From: a virus
Lineage: Duplodnaviria; Caudoviricetes
IMG/VR virus record: IMGVR_UViG_3300033388_005412
Coordinates: 32,001-96,000 of that record
DNA: 64,000 nucleotides
Direction: 5' to 3' (one strand)
The first letter of the stretch is position 1, and every line of letters begins with the position of its first letter. The notes beneath the pieces are model-generated. The model saw nothing but the letters and a program-made list of their open reading frames with translations. It did no database searches and was not told where the DNA came from. Shown one piece after another: positions 57,601 through 64,000 of the stretch. Made by a program: the position numbers and the translations under genes.

Positions 57601-58447
57601 GATTTTCAATCGGGAGAAACGGCGATCTTAAAAACTCAGCCAGTAATTTGCGAAAACTATTATCATAATCCTTCTCCACTTTGCCGTTAATATCCTGCAG
57701 CGATGGAAAAAATATAGTCAATTCTATACGATTATTCTGCTGGCCCGTCTTAATTTTCGGCGTGCCGGCCGTCCTAACCGTATTAATCGGCATGTTAACA
57801 TTCTGTTCCGTTATTGTTATCTGATCAGGTGGAACCGGGAGAATAACAGTTCCTATTTTACAGGCACCGGGAACTTGCAATTCCTCTTCAGCGCCTTTCA
57901 TTGCCTCTATTATTTTACCTGTTCTGGCAATTTGGGCTTTATAACTTTCTTTCTTTTCAGCGAAATCAGCCCGCCTGTTTTTATCAGCTAATTGTGTGAG
58001 ATATTCTTTATTACTAATTTGATCTGTTGACCTGACACTGTCAAACCCATTTCCTGATTTGATAAGTTCAGCATTCATGTTTTTACCATCAACATAAACA
58101 ACACCTAATTGACGATCATACATATCTTCAGAAATTATTGTTTGATCCTGACTTGGATCTTGCTGTAAAAACTCTATTTCTTTTCCAGCTAAATTATCTT
58201 TTGCCCATTGTGTTGCTTTTTCACCTTCTGGTGTGTCTTTTTCATATGCATCAACACCGATGGGCCGAACTACTACTGGATCAGCACCATCAAATGACAC
58301 CCAGTATGTATCACCATCAATAACACCTGTAGGACAGGGACGATCCGGATCTATACTAGGTACTATTTTACCTGTTTTTAAAGGAAAACATTTACTGATA
58401 TTTTTCTTATTTATCGCAGGATCGTATTTTAAATATTCTTCACTCAT
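51581..58447 (-). CDS. Giant baseplate-hub-like protein with an N-terminal staphylococcal nuclease domain and membrane-type segments
   Basis: VIDGDT...VRPIGVDAYE...DMYDRQL...NAELIKSG (SNase); LPVPPDQI tube-initiator-like motif; hub-like IESIEV...ATISVSN...I.AGY...F.GKV..V...V.I.AQSFG; glycine zipper and long Ala/Gly hydrophobic C-terminus. Confidence 0.75.
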   Translation of the reverse strand: MSEEYLKYDPAINKKNISKCFPLKTGKIVPSIDPDRPCPTGVIDGDTYWVSFDGADPVVVRPIGVDAYEKDTPEGEKATQWAKDNLAGKEIEFLQQDPSQDQTIISEDMYDRQLGVVYVDGKNMNAELIKSGNGFDSVRSTDQISNKEYLTQLADKNRRADFAEKKESYKAQIARTGKIIEAMKGAEEELQVPGACKIGTVILPVPPDQITITEQNVNMPINTVRTAGTPKIKTGQQNNRIELTIFFPSLQDINGKVEKDYDNSFRKLLAEFLRSPFLPIENQHIRSLLIPDVTWSKPKKLEESPGRYRSPSYEREVDKNQGAGYFKKTDENFQKVVMDTYAGVIDYFDADIKEKQKEITEKEEELKIKKANLDVFAADPEKFKEYNTEIQKLENDIKLLKKAKSKKEKERTNISKAGVAADMIDEYKELGIYEDVQLACALQSIVVSTVPGFPESLQCNLVLDVFNYSPYSSGFEFCVSNEDALKQIEYYSQITNLQYPETANDMQYASNQNINRTKNISNCKPFENYVKPLLTGLPVIDDDVDIKMNYVPSLSKQNENTTIKSGFNFLAPDNWLRQVGTNDFKRFKCRYDITEFGDEERESLQNDILKLNADIQFKIVELVNSLEWPGTTTKVTNVIVRAWTEFWRTIGLFYYGSGSTYYGWGVKKFAEAYKGEKTISIPIDIPGTDLKKDHGPYTLLEFVNEFEKIPSGKKIMVLMDKQIARQKKLKYGFTNRYKFEFTEDEDTIIAGMSASLETRMAEIPVLNYTMPTKQYMGRGDWVVQVNLQTCNETLMRVLKSLSKKACVSRSLRERIGISKLIARTNSLEVPPDLNYNGLFKVLGITRVLFKDFVCETIKGKPGWWNLTLRLVQSDIDMTEYERLVPSNFFDDNLIEDVKKKLITEYRLPEDNEKDSYIYGRAMQNMRAMILRLFFFVGYGSEIDVPYGHMTMDWATEQINNYDLNFSDAFELKKYFPLYEKVVSALILGGDVRLPFNYEKGFFRGEFLKRYKGGLKIIEIFDAIKYLFLYNNWKKERKERFALKLKFYTGLPLAIGGMVFGAGVGSIVPGWGTFIGGLAGAGIGFAAGTVWSPTIGVPKGHDPEKYAVGIINLLLRQQAIKCILYAKDELIAKFGFKKEQFIPKLPLYMKGNYGNYQDLELPEHKSGFLSTPADFFYIREEFQNDTSYQILRDTIKTKIALLHKRDELLQFAPGLSMLEKHNDKLSKSLLCGDWRKKWGKGGKSRKEVMDKIVEINKDYDENEMKKYVNFLNSSDDEVKGRYGECNTSQYLLKNVASINYCLKIGAYYKLIQEFEGEITTDLGTDEGAESLDSKKRQIDRMIDEISTINQLDNSFLQSWNVLSEFGVTEEEDLLNKCISYTNGFRAKDKTLHMSRAYPTVKLYFIEEDNKEWGMIDDYYTYNAIESIEVISNKNTPGDVATISVSNITGNLSDKNSNQGENIRKEQTLQEQTVLRFLLREGTTIMIKAGYDNNPMNLDTLFIGKVVSVQQGDRVSIVAQSFGAELHEKCFDGGNYHVGFCSAGQTHGDVVIYAMKSITGLSHMGSPNMLARFGLEIEPTSYYTSPKDRFFDLFRSKINPIVDIYYKFGTYDPRLENIYLPFTDHIFGGWLTFLFGWTSKDIGNRYKDNTFDWRISNQSLWEILNEITLYHEDYIAAVLPYNSNVPGLTRQTIYLGPRNGYYKYTDAYDTREKMEKIVKKGKDRAELLKRLTDFFKEPSSKYSEKNREGFRPSSSVISVVKAGIKSFITRGVADVVSSIVRTQTYDEIFKLLDKYIEKNPEHSLSIVMKANDRKKVMEFITDIQEYVFKSDVAGDLFTKKFSVDKIKIRQDKNVGYTKSEILKFKFQLDAIENKNLIRQTKEDKTSKATGIALSIKNPDDLKDSEGNIERGYMPIRNYYYVDSLRHIVDNSIRASSEEISNHVKIRYPEEPKDNPNTGAWRTHEFFADDNIKTSNLKSYISYQNNIDPSSFGVFEWFNDFIRNVQTVWGGRIPTVYRIGYNVLANMMRPMYRGSLTLLGMPQLKVWDIIFIRDLYNGMYGPIEIEQVVQRIDQKGFLTTITPNAIVYPQDPVIKYEIAAMNGFGVPFFGSAMGLGKGIMKAAVGAMGLGTAAAGTGIAVTGVVGTGVAAEVVSGGLAASGALAAGVGPTAAGVAVTATSGVYSAIAASGAYTTAMTALPWVTGISAAVVIPAFLLGNSIMSWTIGKFLGRDCIDVIGLTYKGQPYVAGLEGMYKDSFKVHIMDKIYSIFDFVDTISAATGDENDKADHTF

Positions 58448-58632
58448 TTCTGTAGTAATTTCCTCTGGCGATGATCCATTTCTTTCTGATTATTTTTATT
58501 AGTTTTACGGCGATCCATAACAGATACAGTGCATCTATCCCCAGTCGCCGATTCAACTAACTGAGCAATCATGTTAGCTAAATTATTCGCGTCTTTGTCA
58601 GACTGTATTCTCACCTCAACATTATATGCCAT
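58444..58632 (-). CDS. Small hypothetical protein
   Basis: 62 aa; AGAGG RBS; ATGA overlap with the hub gene. Confidence 0.6.
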   Translation of the reverse strand: MAYNVEVRIQSDKDANNLANMIAQLVESATGDRCTVSVMDRRKTNKNNQKEMDHRQRKLLQK

Positions 58633-58670
58633 ATTCCTCTATATATACTATTATATTTAACACACATTTA

Positions 58671-61600
58671 TCATTTTCCGTATTTTTGCAATTTCTCCCG
58701 GACACTCACACTGTCGATATTATATGACGTAGTCGAGAAATTATTTCGTGTATACGCTTTCTGCCTGATTTCATTTTTAAAAACAGGCATCCTCGGTAAA
58801 CTTAAATATTTCTTTTTCTGTATATTTTCAAAACTTTTATTATTAAATAATTCTATATAAGCCTTAGGCAAATCACTTGGATTTCCTAAAGGAGTCTGCA
58901 TTAATTGAGCCCAATCCAATTCCGGTTTTGTAAAAGCATAATCCCACTTCTCACCGCCGTTGCCGGGCATGTGTCCCAATGACCCCATCTGATTAGGCCT
59001 GAACAAATTCAACGCAGCATATCCTAAAGCAACCATGCCGCCGATTCTACTTAAATTACCGGCATTTTTCCATGCGGTTTGCCCAAGTTTATTAACAAAA
59101 TCCTTTTTCATACATTGCAACATTGTTATATCCGAACCCTGTGTTTGAAAATTCAAACCATCCAATAAAAAAGGTTTAACGTGTTCACTGGCAGCTGTTG
59201 CTCCGGGATTTGTAATATTATGTATAATGGCCTTACCAATAGTTGAATTGCCCGATATAAAACTTTGTGTTACCCTATTACCACGACTCCAATAATCAGG
59301 TTGATCCATTTCCGCCGCAACCATCCATTCCCGAGTCCTTACTTTAGCATTTGGACCTAAATGTTTCCGCACAAATGCGGCCGACGACTTACCCGGCAAT
59401 TCAGCATTCCAAAATTCCCCAACTTTAACATCCAATTTCGCCGTATCGTCCATAAACCTCACATTCTTCGGCTCACTAAGATTATACAACGCATTTGAAA
59501 CCTCATCTGAAAGTGTCATAGTTTTACCTTTAACTTTCAAACCCCATTCTATCATCGGAGTTATTTTCCCCAAAAAATCATGTGCTTCGGTTGGTCTCCA
59601 CTTCTGGTCACCCATCAAAGCAATCGCTCTATTAACCAACGGTGTTATTTTAGGCGGCCACGATTTTGGAAATGTTGCCATTTTTTCCATAACCTTTTCC
59701 CATTCACCAGGACTTGATTTCATAAACGCAAATTCATTTCTGATATTTTTCTTTATAATTTCCTTTGCAATTTTCAATGGCTTTAACACACTTGCATGTA
59801 ATTTAGGATCATATGTCGCATATTTTGTGACATCGCCACGTGTAACTGGCTCCAATGCCATCGTAGATGCTTTACTATAAACACCCCTTCTAGTAAAAGC
59901 AGCCTGTGAAAACTCTTTCATACCCTTTGGAGTAATCGCCAAAAAAGCCTCATCACCATCGGAATCACCCCCTAATAATTTTCCGATAACGGATGATATA
60001 CGCATCATATCACCCTTTATAGTACTTCTTGCCCACGCCATGACAGGCGGCATTGACTCACCGCCCGTTGTTGGAAATCTTATTGCAACACCAGGCGCCG
60101 GTATCAATTCCTTTGAAAAGGCATCAGACCATAACTTCCTTATTTGTCCGCCTTTAATACTATTCAAATTGGTTTCCTGAGTTGCTTTAAATAAACCATC
60201 AACGGTCATATCCTTTTCACCTAATTTACCAACTACTTTATTAGCAACCTGCTTCCAATATGGGTGAGCCGCACCAACATGATTTTTATTTCCAGAAATC
60301 CACCCGCCATAATTTTTTAAATATTTCATAACAGAATCCATCTCAGACGATCCCATACTGGTTATCTGCTGCTTAATCATCTTAGCATTATTGTTAACCC
60401 AGTCTTTTGAAACCTGCACTTCAAAGTCCAAAACAGATTTCTTAGTATAATTTCCCAATATACCTTCCGCCCCTGTTATATATGGATCAGCAAACTGAAG
60501 TGTTCCAGTCGCGCCTGGTGCGGAAAATTTCATTCCAGGTGTTATTTTATATTCGCTCATAATATCAAGCATTTTTTGTAAAAAACCACCCGCACCAGGA
60601 GATCCGCTAAGTACCTTTTTCAATAAATTTGCCTGAGTTATCATTAATTGTGATGTTATACTGTGTTTTCCGTCAGTGGCATCAATCCATGGCTGCTCGT
60701 ATAACTGAACAACACTGTTCGACATGCCAAATCTTGTTCCTGGAACTTTAGCAAATGTCGCTTTCGGCGTTTTCACATATCCCAAACCAATTTTCTGAAA
60801 TAAATCGGCGATATCTCTCGGGACTGTTCTGCCCCTAATAATTTGTTCTGATATCAACTTACCCTTTGCTTTCAAATATGTTGGTAATTTCGAATATTCC
60901 GGACTATTTACATCATAAAGCGTTCCCTCAATCTCATGAAATGTTTGATCGGCTATTTTAGCCATTGAGCCCCATTCAGACGGATCACTATGCAAAAACT
61001 TTTTGGCCATTTTTTTAAACTCGTTACCCTCAACTCCTTTTAAAATACTATTAAATTTTTGTATTATATCAACACCGCCCGGTTCCACAACTCCCTGTGA
61101 TATCGCAAACTGCCTACGAAGCTGTCCCATTTTATAACTATTTTGCTCCTGTGCCATATTCAACAATCCTTCAAATAATTTAGAACTGCCAGGCTGATGC
61201 TTTAAAACATTTAAAAAAGAAATATTTAAAGGCACTGTTCCTCCGCCGCGGCCCATAAGCGATTCCAATTGACTAAACCCAAACTGCATATTTGACACTA
61301 GCACACCAGGTGTGAAATCGCCCGGCTGTTGTTTATTAACTAAAGGTCTAACAATTTCAAGAAAGGAAACATATTTCTTTGAAAAAATCTTATCGACAAC
61401 TGCTGAGTCATATGACTTGATTTCGCCAACCATTTTACGGGCTTCTTCGGCCCAGCCTGAAAACTCATCAGGTGACATTTCCCACGCTTTCTGATAAAAT
61501 TGCGAATACATGCTACCGGGTATTGATATTCGTCGTATCAATTCAGAAACAACCGCCCCTTTTTCAGCAGCATCCCATGTTCTATTCATAACAGCAGTCA

Positions 61601-64000
61601 CACCGGCCGCTGACGCTGTTATATTTGAAAAACTAGGAACATCCTGTGTCATCTTCAAACTTTTCATAACTTTAACAATACTATTTAATGCTTTATCATA
61701 ATTTCCGGCAAAAATACTTTCTTTAAACGCATTTGCTTTTATCACTAATTCACCAGTTTGGCGATGAGTTACAACATTCAATTTATCACTTATTCCGGTG
61801 CTCTTAACGGCTCTTACTACCGCAGCCTTTTTATTGGCATCCTTTCCAGCCCATGCTGAAATTCGCCCAAGCATAATAGTTAACATGCCGGCAGGATCAA
61901 CTGTTTTAAGAGTATCATGTCCAACCATCATATCAACACCGTCTGTCATGTCAGCTGTTTCTCTAATTATTCCTTTAGTTAATCCCTTCACCAAAACTTT
62001 CATACCGGCTTTTGCTTTATGTAAATAATCGAATTCTATACGTGTTTTACCTTGATATGATTTAACACTTGTAATTACGGCTTCAGTATTTCCTTTATAA
62101 TGCTGTGCAATGCCATTTAGTACACCAAAAGAATCATTGGGTTTAATAAACTGCCCAGGAGCAAGCTTTTCAATTTTCGTATCAACAATAGCATGTCCCC
62201 CATGACGAACAACCCCGAAACGATTCAAAAATTTTTTATCCATCCAAACCTGCTGCTCATGTGTTTCTTTACTATGCGTAATTAAAACATTCGCCCTATG
62301 CATATAATTTCTAAGTCCACCGTCAAGCATTTCATCTTCAAATAAACCAGGCATAAATGATCTACCTGTCTTATCAACTTTTAAACCTTTCCAATCAATA
62401 TTTCTACCACGGCCAACATCTATGGAAGTTGTGCTACCAAAAAACTGATACAGTGCCCTATGCAACGGCATACCATGAAATTCCGGATACACTTCATCAT
62501 ATGGTAATAATGTTTGTATTCCTCTAATTGATTTATTCGGTGATACAAGTCCTGAGACAAATGGTTTAAATTTAGGAGACATTTTCTCCATGGCATCCAT
62601 ATAATTCGGGCGATTTTTACGAATATTCCAATCTTTTTCGGACCATAAATAATTATCCAAAAAAGCATATAAATTATCTAGTACAGATTCATGCGCCACG
62701 TTTGAGTCATATAATTTTTGCCAACTCATTCCTTTATATAACCTACCAACCAATTTATCAACAAAATTTCTAACACCGCGGGGACCCTGTGGCAGATCTT
62801 CCAAGTATTTTATTCTATTATTAACCAGCGTTCTCAAATGTTCACCTGATAATGATCTATGCGCACCAGGATTTAATTTCATAGACTTTTGCTGATCAAG
62901 TGAACCTTGCAAAAACCTTATCACATCGCCAACTCCGCGACTTTTAGATTTATTTAATAATGTATTGAACGCATCAATATCACCTTGAATATTTTTACCA
63001 ATAACCTGTCCCTTTAAATATTGCGGCAACATTTTTATCAATTCATCACTTGTCACAGGAACAACTTTGTACTTTGCGGAACCCTTCAACGTAGCTAATC
63101 TTTCTCTATTTGCCGTTAACCCACTTATTTTAGCCACAAACTCACGTTTACCCTTTTGTACATCTGTTAGTTCAAATCTTATTGCCTCTTTGATCTCAGC
63201 GCCGTTTTTTGTCTTAATAACATTTAAAATTCCTATATCTTTTATACTATCTACTTTCACACCGTCAACAACAATTTTATCACGACTCATATCAATGTAT
63301 GTCAACACAGAATCCCTTTCTAAAAATTTAGCATGAATTTTCTGTAATTCCGGTAAAGCTGTTTTTTCAAGACCACTCATAAATCCCATAGATTTTAAAG
63401 TTTCTTTATACGGCGCAACATTTAATGATCGTGTCCAATCAACAATATCAACACCAGATACCGGCTCGGCGCCTTTTGTTATATTTCTCATACCCTTGTC
63501 GACCATGCCCTGAACATCTTTTTCAGCGCCTTGTATTAACAAACTCTTATTTTCAGTCGCCATTAAATTCAAAAAATATTTATGTATATTTGCAGACAAC
63601 TTTTGATACTGTTCGTTTGGGTAATTAATATCACCTATTTTAGCCTGTGATGTGATTTTTATAGGAGAAATCGGATCAAATCGCGTGGCCCATTTATTCG
63701 GCATATTCAAAGGTAATTTTATATGCCTGGATTGACCATTTGCTTTATTAAGAGCAACATCAAAAACAAATTTAGAACCGCCTCTGCCGAAATCTTCTAT
63801 GTTAACTGTGATATCATCAAGATTTGCGCCTATGTCGCTCGCTGTTTTTCTTATTAACTGGTAATATTTCATTAAATTATCATATCCCGGGCGAATATAC
63901 CCCGCACCTTTTAACATCTTTCCTGTTTTGGTGTATTTTCCACCAAAAACATCTAAAAGATTAGCGTCTTTAAATACTCTGTCTATTCTTTTTAATTGTT
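58671..64000 (-). CDS. Giant tape-measure-position virion protein containing a single-chain two-barrel RNA polymerase (N-terminus outside the window)
   Basis: Frame is open to base 63998 (QLKRIDRVFKDANLLDVFGGKYTKTGK-MLKG). Beta-like barrel: HEQQVWM, GQFIKPND...AVITSV, GMKVLVKGLTKGII, GVDMMV. Beta-prime-like barrel: EVQVS, AIRFPT, GGDSDGD. C-terminal hydrophobic IGGMVALGYAALNLF. Confidence 0.85.
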   Translation of the reverse strand, partial: QLKRIDRVFKDANLLDVFGGKYTKTGKMLKGAGYIRPGYDNLMKYYQLIRKTASDIGANLDDITVNIEDFGRGGSKFVFDVALNKANGQSRHIKLPLNMPNKWATRFDPISPIKITSQAKIGDINYPNEQYQKLSANIHKYFLNLMATENKSLLIQGAEKDVQGMVDKGMRNITKGAEPVSGVDIVDWTRSLNVAPYKETLKSMGFMSGLEKTALPELQKIHAKFLERDSVLTYIDMSRDKIVVDGVKVDSIKDIGILNVIKTKNGAEIKEAIRFELTDVQKGKREFVAKISGLTANRERLATLKGSAKYKVVPVTSDELIKMLPQYLKGQVIGKNIQGDIDAFNTLLNKSKSRGVGDVIRFLQGSLDQQKSMKLNPGAHRSLSGEHLRTLVNNRIKYLEDLPQGPRGVRNFVDKLVGRLYKGMSWQKLYDSNVAHESVLDNLYAFLDNYLWSEKDWNIRKNRPNYMDAMEKMSPKFKPFVSGLVSPNKSIRGIQTLLPYDEVYPEFHGMPLHRALYQFFGSTTSIDVGRGRNIDWKGLKVDKTGRSFMPGLFEDEMLDGGLRNYMHRANVLITHSKETHEQQVWMDKKFLNRFGVVRHGGHAIVDTKIEKLAPGQFIKPNDSFGVLNGIAQHYKGNTEAVITSVKSYQGKTRIEFDYLHKAKAGMKVLVKGLTKGIIRETADMTDGVDMMVGHDTLKTVDPAGMLTIMLGRISAWAGKDANKKAAVVRAVKSTGISDKLNVVTHRQTGELVIKANAFKESIFAGNYDKALNSIVKVMKSLKMTQDVPSFSNITASAAGVTAVMNRTWDAAEKGAVVSELIRRISIPGSMYSQFYQKAWEMSPDEFSGWAEEARKMVGEIKSYDSAVVDKIFSKKYVSFLEIVRPLVNKQQPGDFTPGVLVSNMQFGFSQLESLMGRGGGTVPLNISFLNVLKHQPGSSKLFEGLLNMAQEQNSYKMGQLRRQFAISQGVVEPGGVDIIQKFNSILKGVEGNEFKKMAKKFLHSDPSEWGSMAKIADQTFHEIEGTLYDVNSPEYSKLPTYLKAKGKLISEQIIRGRTVPRDIADLFQKIGLGYVKTPKATFAKVPGTRFGMSNSVVQLYEQPWIDATDGKHSITSQLMITQANLLKKVLSGSPGAGGFLQKMLDIMSEYKITPGMKFSAPGATGTLQFADPYITGAEGILGNYTKKSVLDFEVQVSKDWVNNNAKMIKQQITSMGSSEMDSVMKYLKNYGGWISGNKNHVGAAHPYWKQVANKVVGKLGEKDMTVDGLFKATQETNLNSIKGGQIRKLWSDAFSKELIPAPGVAIRFPTTGGESMPPVMAWARSTIKGDMMRISSVIGKLLGGDSDGDEAFLAITPKGMKEFSQAAFTRRGVYSKASTMALEPVTRGDVTKYATYDPKLHASVLKPLKIAKEIIKKNIRNEFAFMKSSPGEWEKVMEKMATFPKSWPPKITPLVNRAIALMGDQKWRPTEAHDFLGKITPMIEWGLKVKGKTMTLSDEVSNALYNLSEPKNVRFMDDTAKLDVKVGEFWNAELPGKSSAAFVRKHLGPNAKVRTREWMVAAEMDQPDYWSRGNRVTQSFISGNSTIGKAIIHNITNPGATAASEHVKPFLLDGLNFQTQGSDITMLQCMKKDFVNKLGQTAWKNAGNLSRIGGMVALGYAALNLFRPNQMGSLGHMPGNGGEKWDYAFTKPELDWAQLMQTPLGNPSDLPKAYIELFNNKSFENIQKKKYLSLPRMPVFKNEIRQKAYTRNNFSTTSYNIDSVSVREKLQKYGK

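Noticed and set aside
49187-58447. Extracellular contractile injection system or T6SS rather than a phage
   Set aside because: The baseplate genes are linked to primase-helicase, resolvase, RNase H, CCA enzyme and HNH genes with phage-like density; eCIS/T6SS hallmark ATPases and membrane complex genes are absent. Capsid and terminase genes were not seen, so this rests on context.
63915-63917. ATG at 63917 as the start of the 1748-aa ORF
   Set aside because: The frame has no stop between 63917 and the window edge and no RBS precedes this ATG; the gene starts outside the window.
1-64000. Alternative genetic code (stop-codon reassignment)
   Set aside because: Code 11 gives near-complete coding coverage including ORFs over 5 kb, and TAA, TAG and TGA all end genes at coupled junctions.
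1-64000. tRNA, rRNA or other structured ncRNA genes
   Set aside because: After adding the small ORFs, intergenic gaps are under about 65 bp and no cloverleaf or T-loop context was recognised; a covariance search was not run.
58671-64000. Cellular rpoB/rpoC genes or a giant-virus RNAP
   Set aside because: One chain holds both barrels, most universally conserved cellular segments are missing, NADFDGD is replaced by GGDSDGD, and the gene lies among tail genes with bacterial RBSs.

Overview
A gene-dense, AT-rich 64-kb piece of a large tailed bacteriophage genome, read with the standard code and with strong AGGAGG ribosome-binding sites. Baseplate J-like and gp25-like genes point to a contractile-tailed (myovirus-like) phage. 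No capsid, sheath or terminase genes, tRNAs or CRISPR array were seen in the window. Layout: (i) 1-8452, leftward glycan-modification island with a SAM methyltransferase, a GT10 fucosyltransferase-like gene, a GT-A/radical-SAM fusion and a five-domain glycosyltransferase carrying a mini-intein; (ii) 8449-11820, leftward nuclease/regulator genes; (iii) 11874-19199, rightward replication operon with an SSAP-like gene, DnaG-DnaB primase-helicase, Cas4-like nuclease, an RNase HII with an altered active site and a CCA-adding enzyme, behind two sigma70-type promoters; (iv) 19192-64000, a leftward tail/baseplate/lysis operon. The main discovery is the last gene (58671 to beyond 64000, open past the window edge, at least 1775 aa). 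It sits in the tape-measure position and contains both catalytic barrels of a two-barrel RNA polymerase in one chain: a beta-like K-x7-K motif (GMKVLVKGLTKGII) and a beta-prime-like R-x-P motif followed by DSDGD. This suggests a virion-packaged RNA polymerase. Two genes downstream is a 2288-aa baseplate-hub-like protein with an intact N-terminal staphylococcal-nuclease domain and two Gly/Ala-rich membrane-type segments. Also unusual are six fibre-region proteins with Sec-type signal peptides, several rich in Ser-Thr motifs, two of which share a near-identical 125-bp block 23 kb apart. All family assignments come from motif recognition by eye; no database searches were run.
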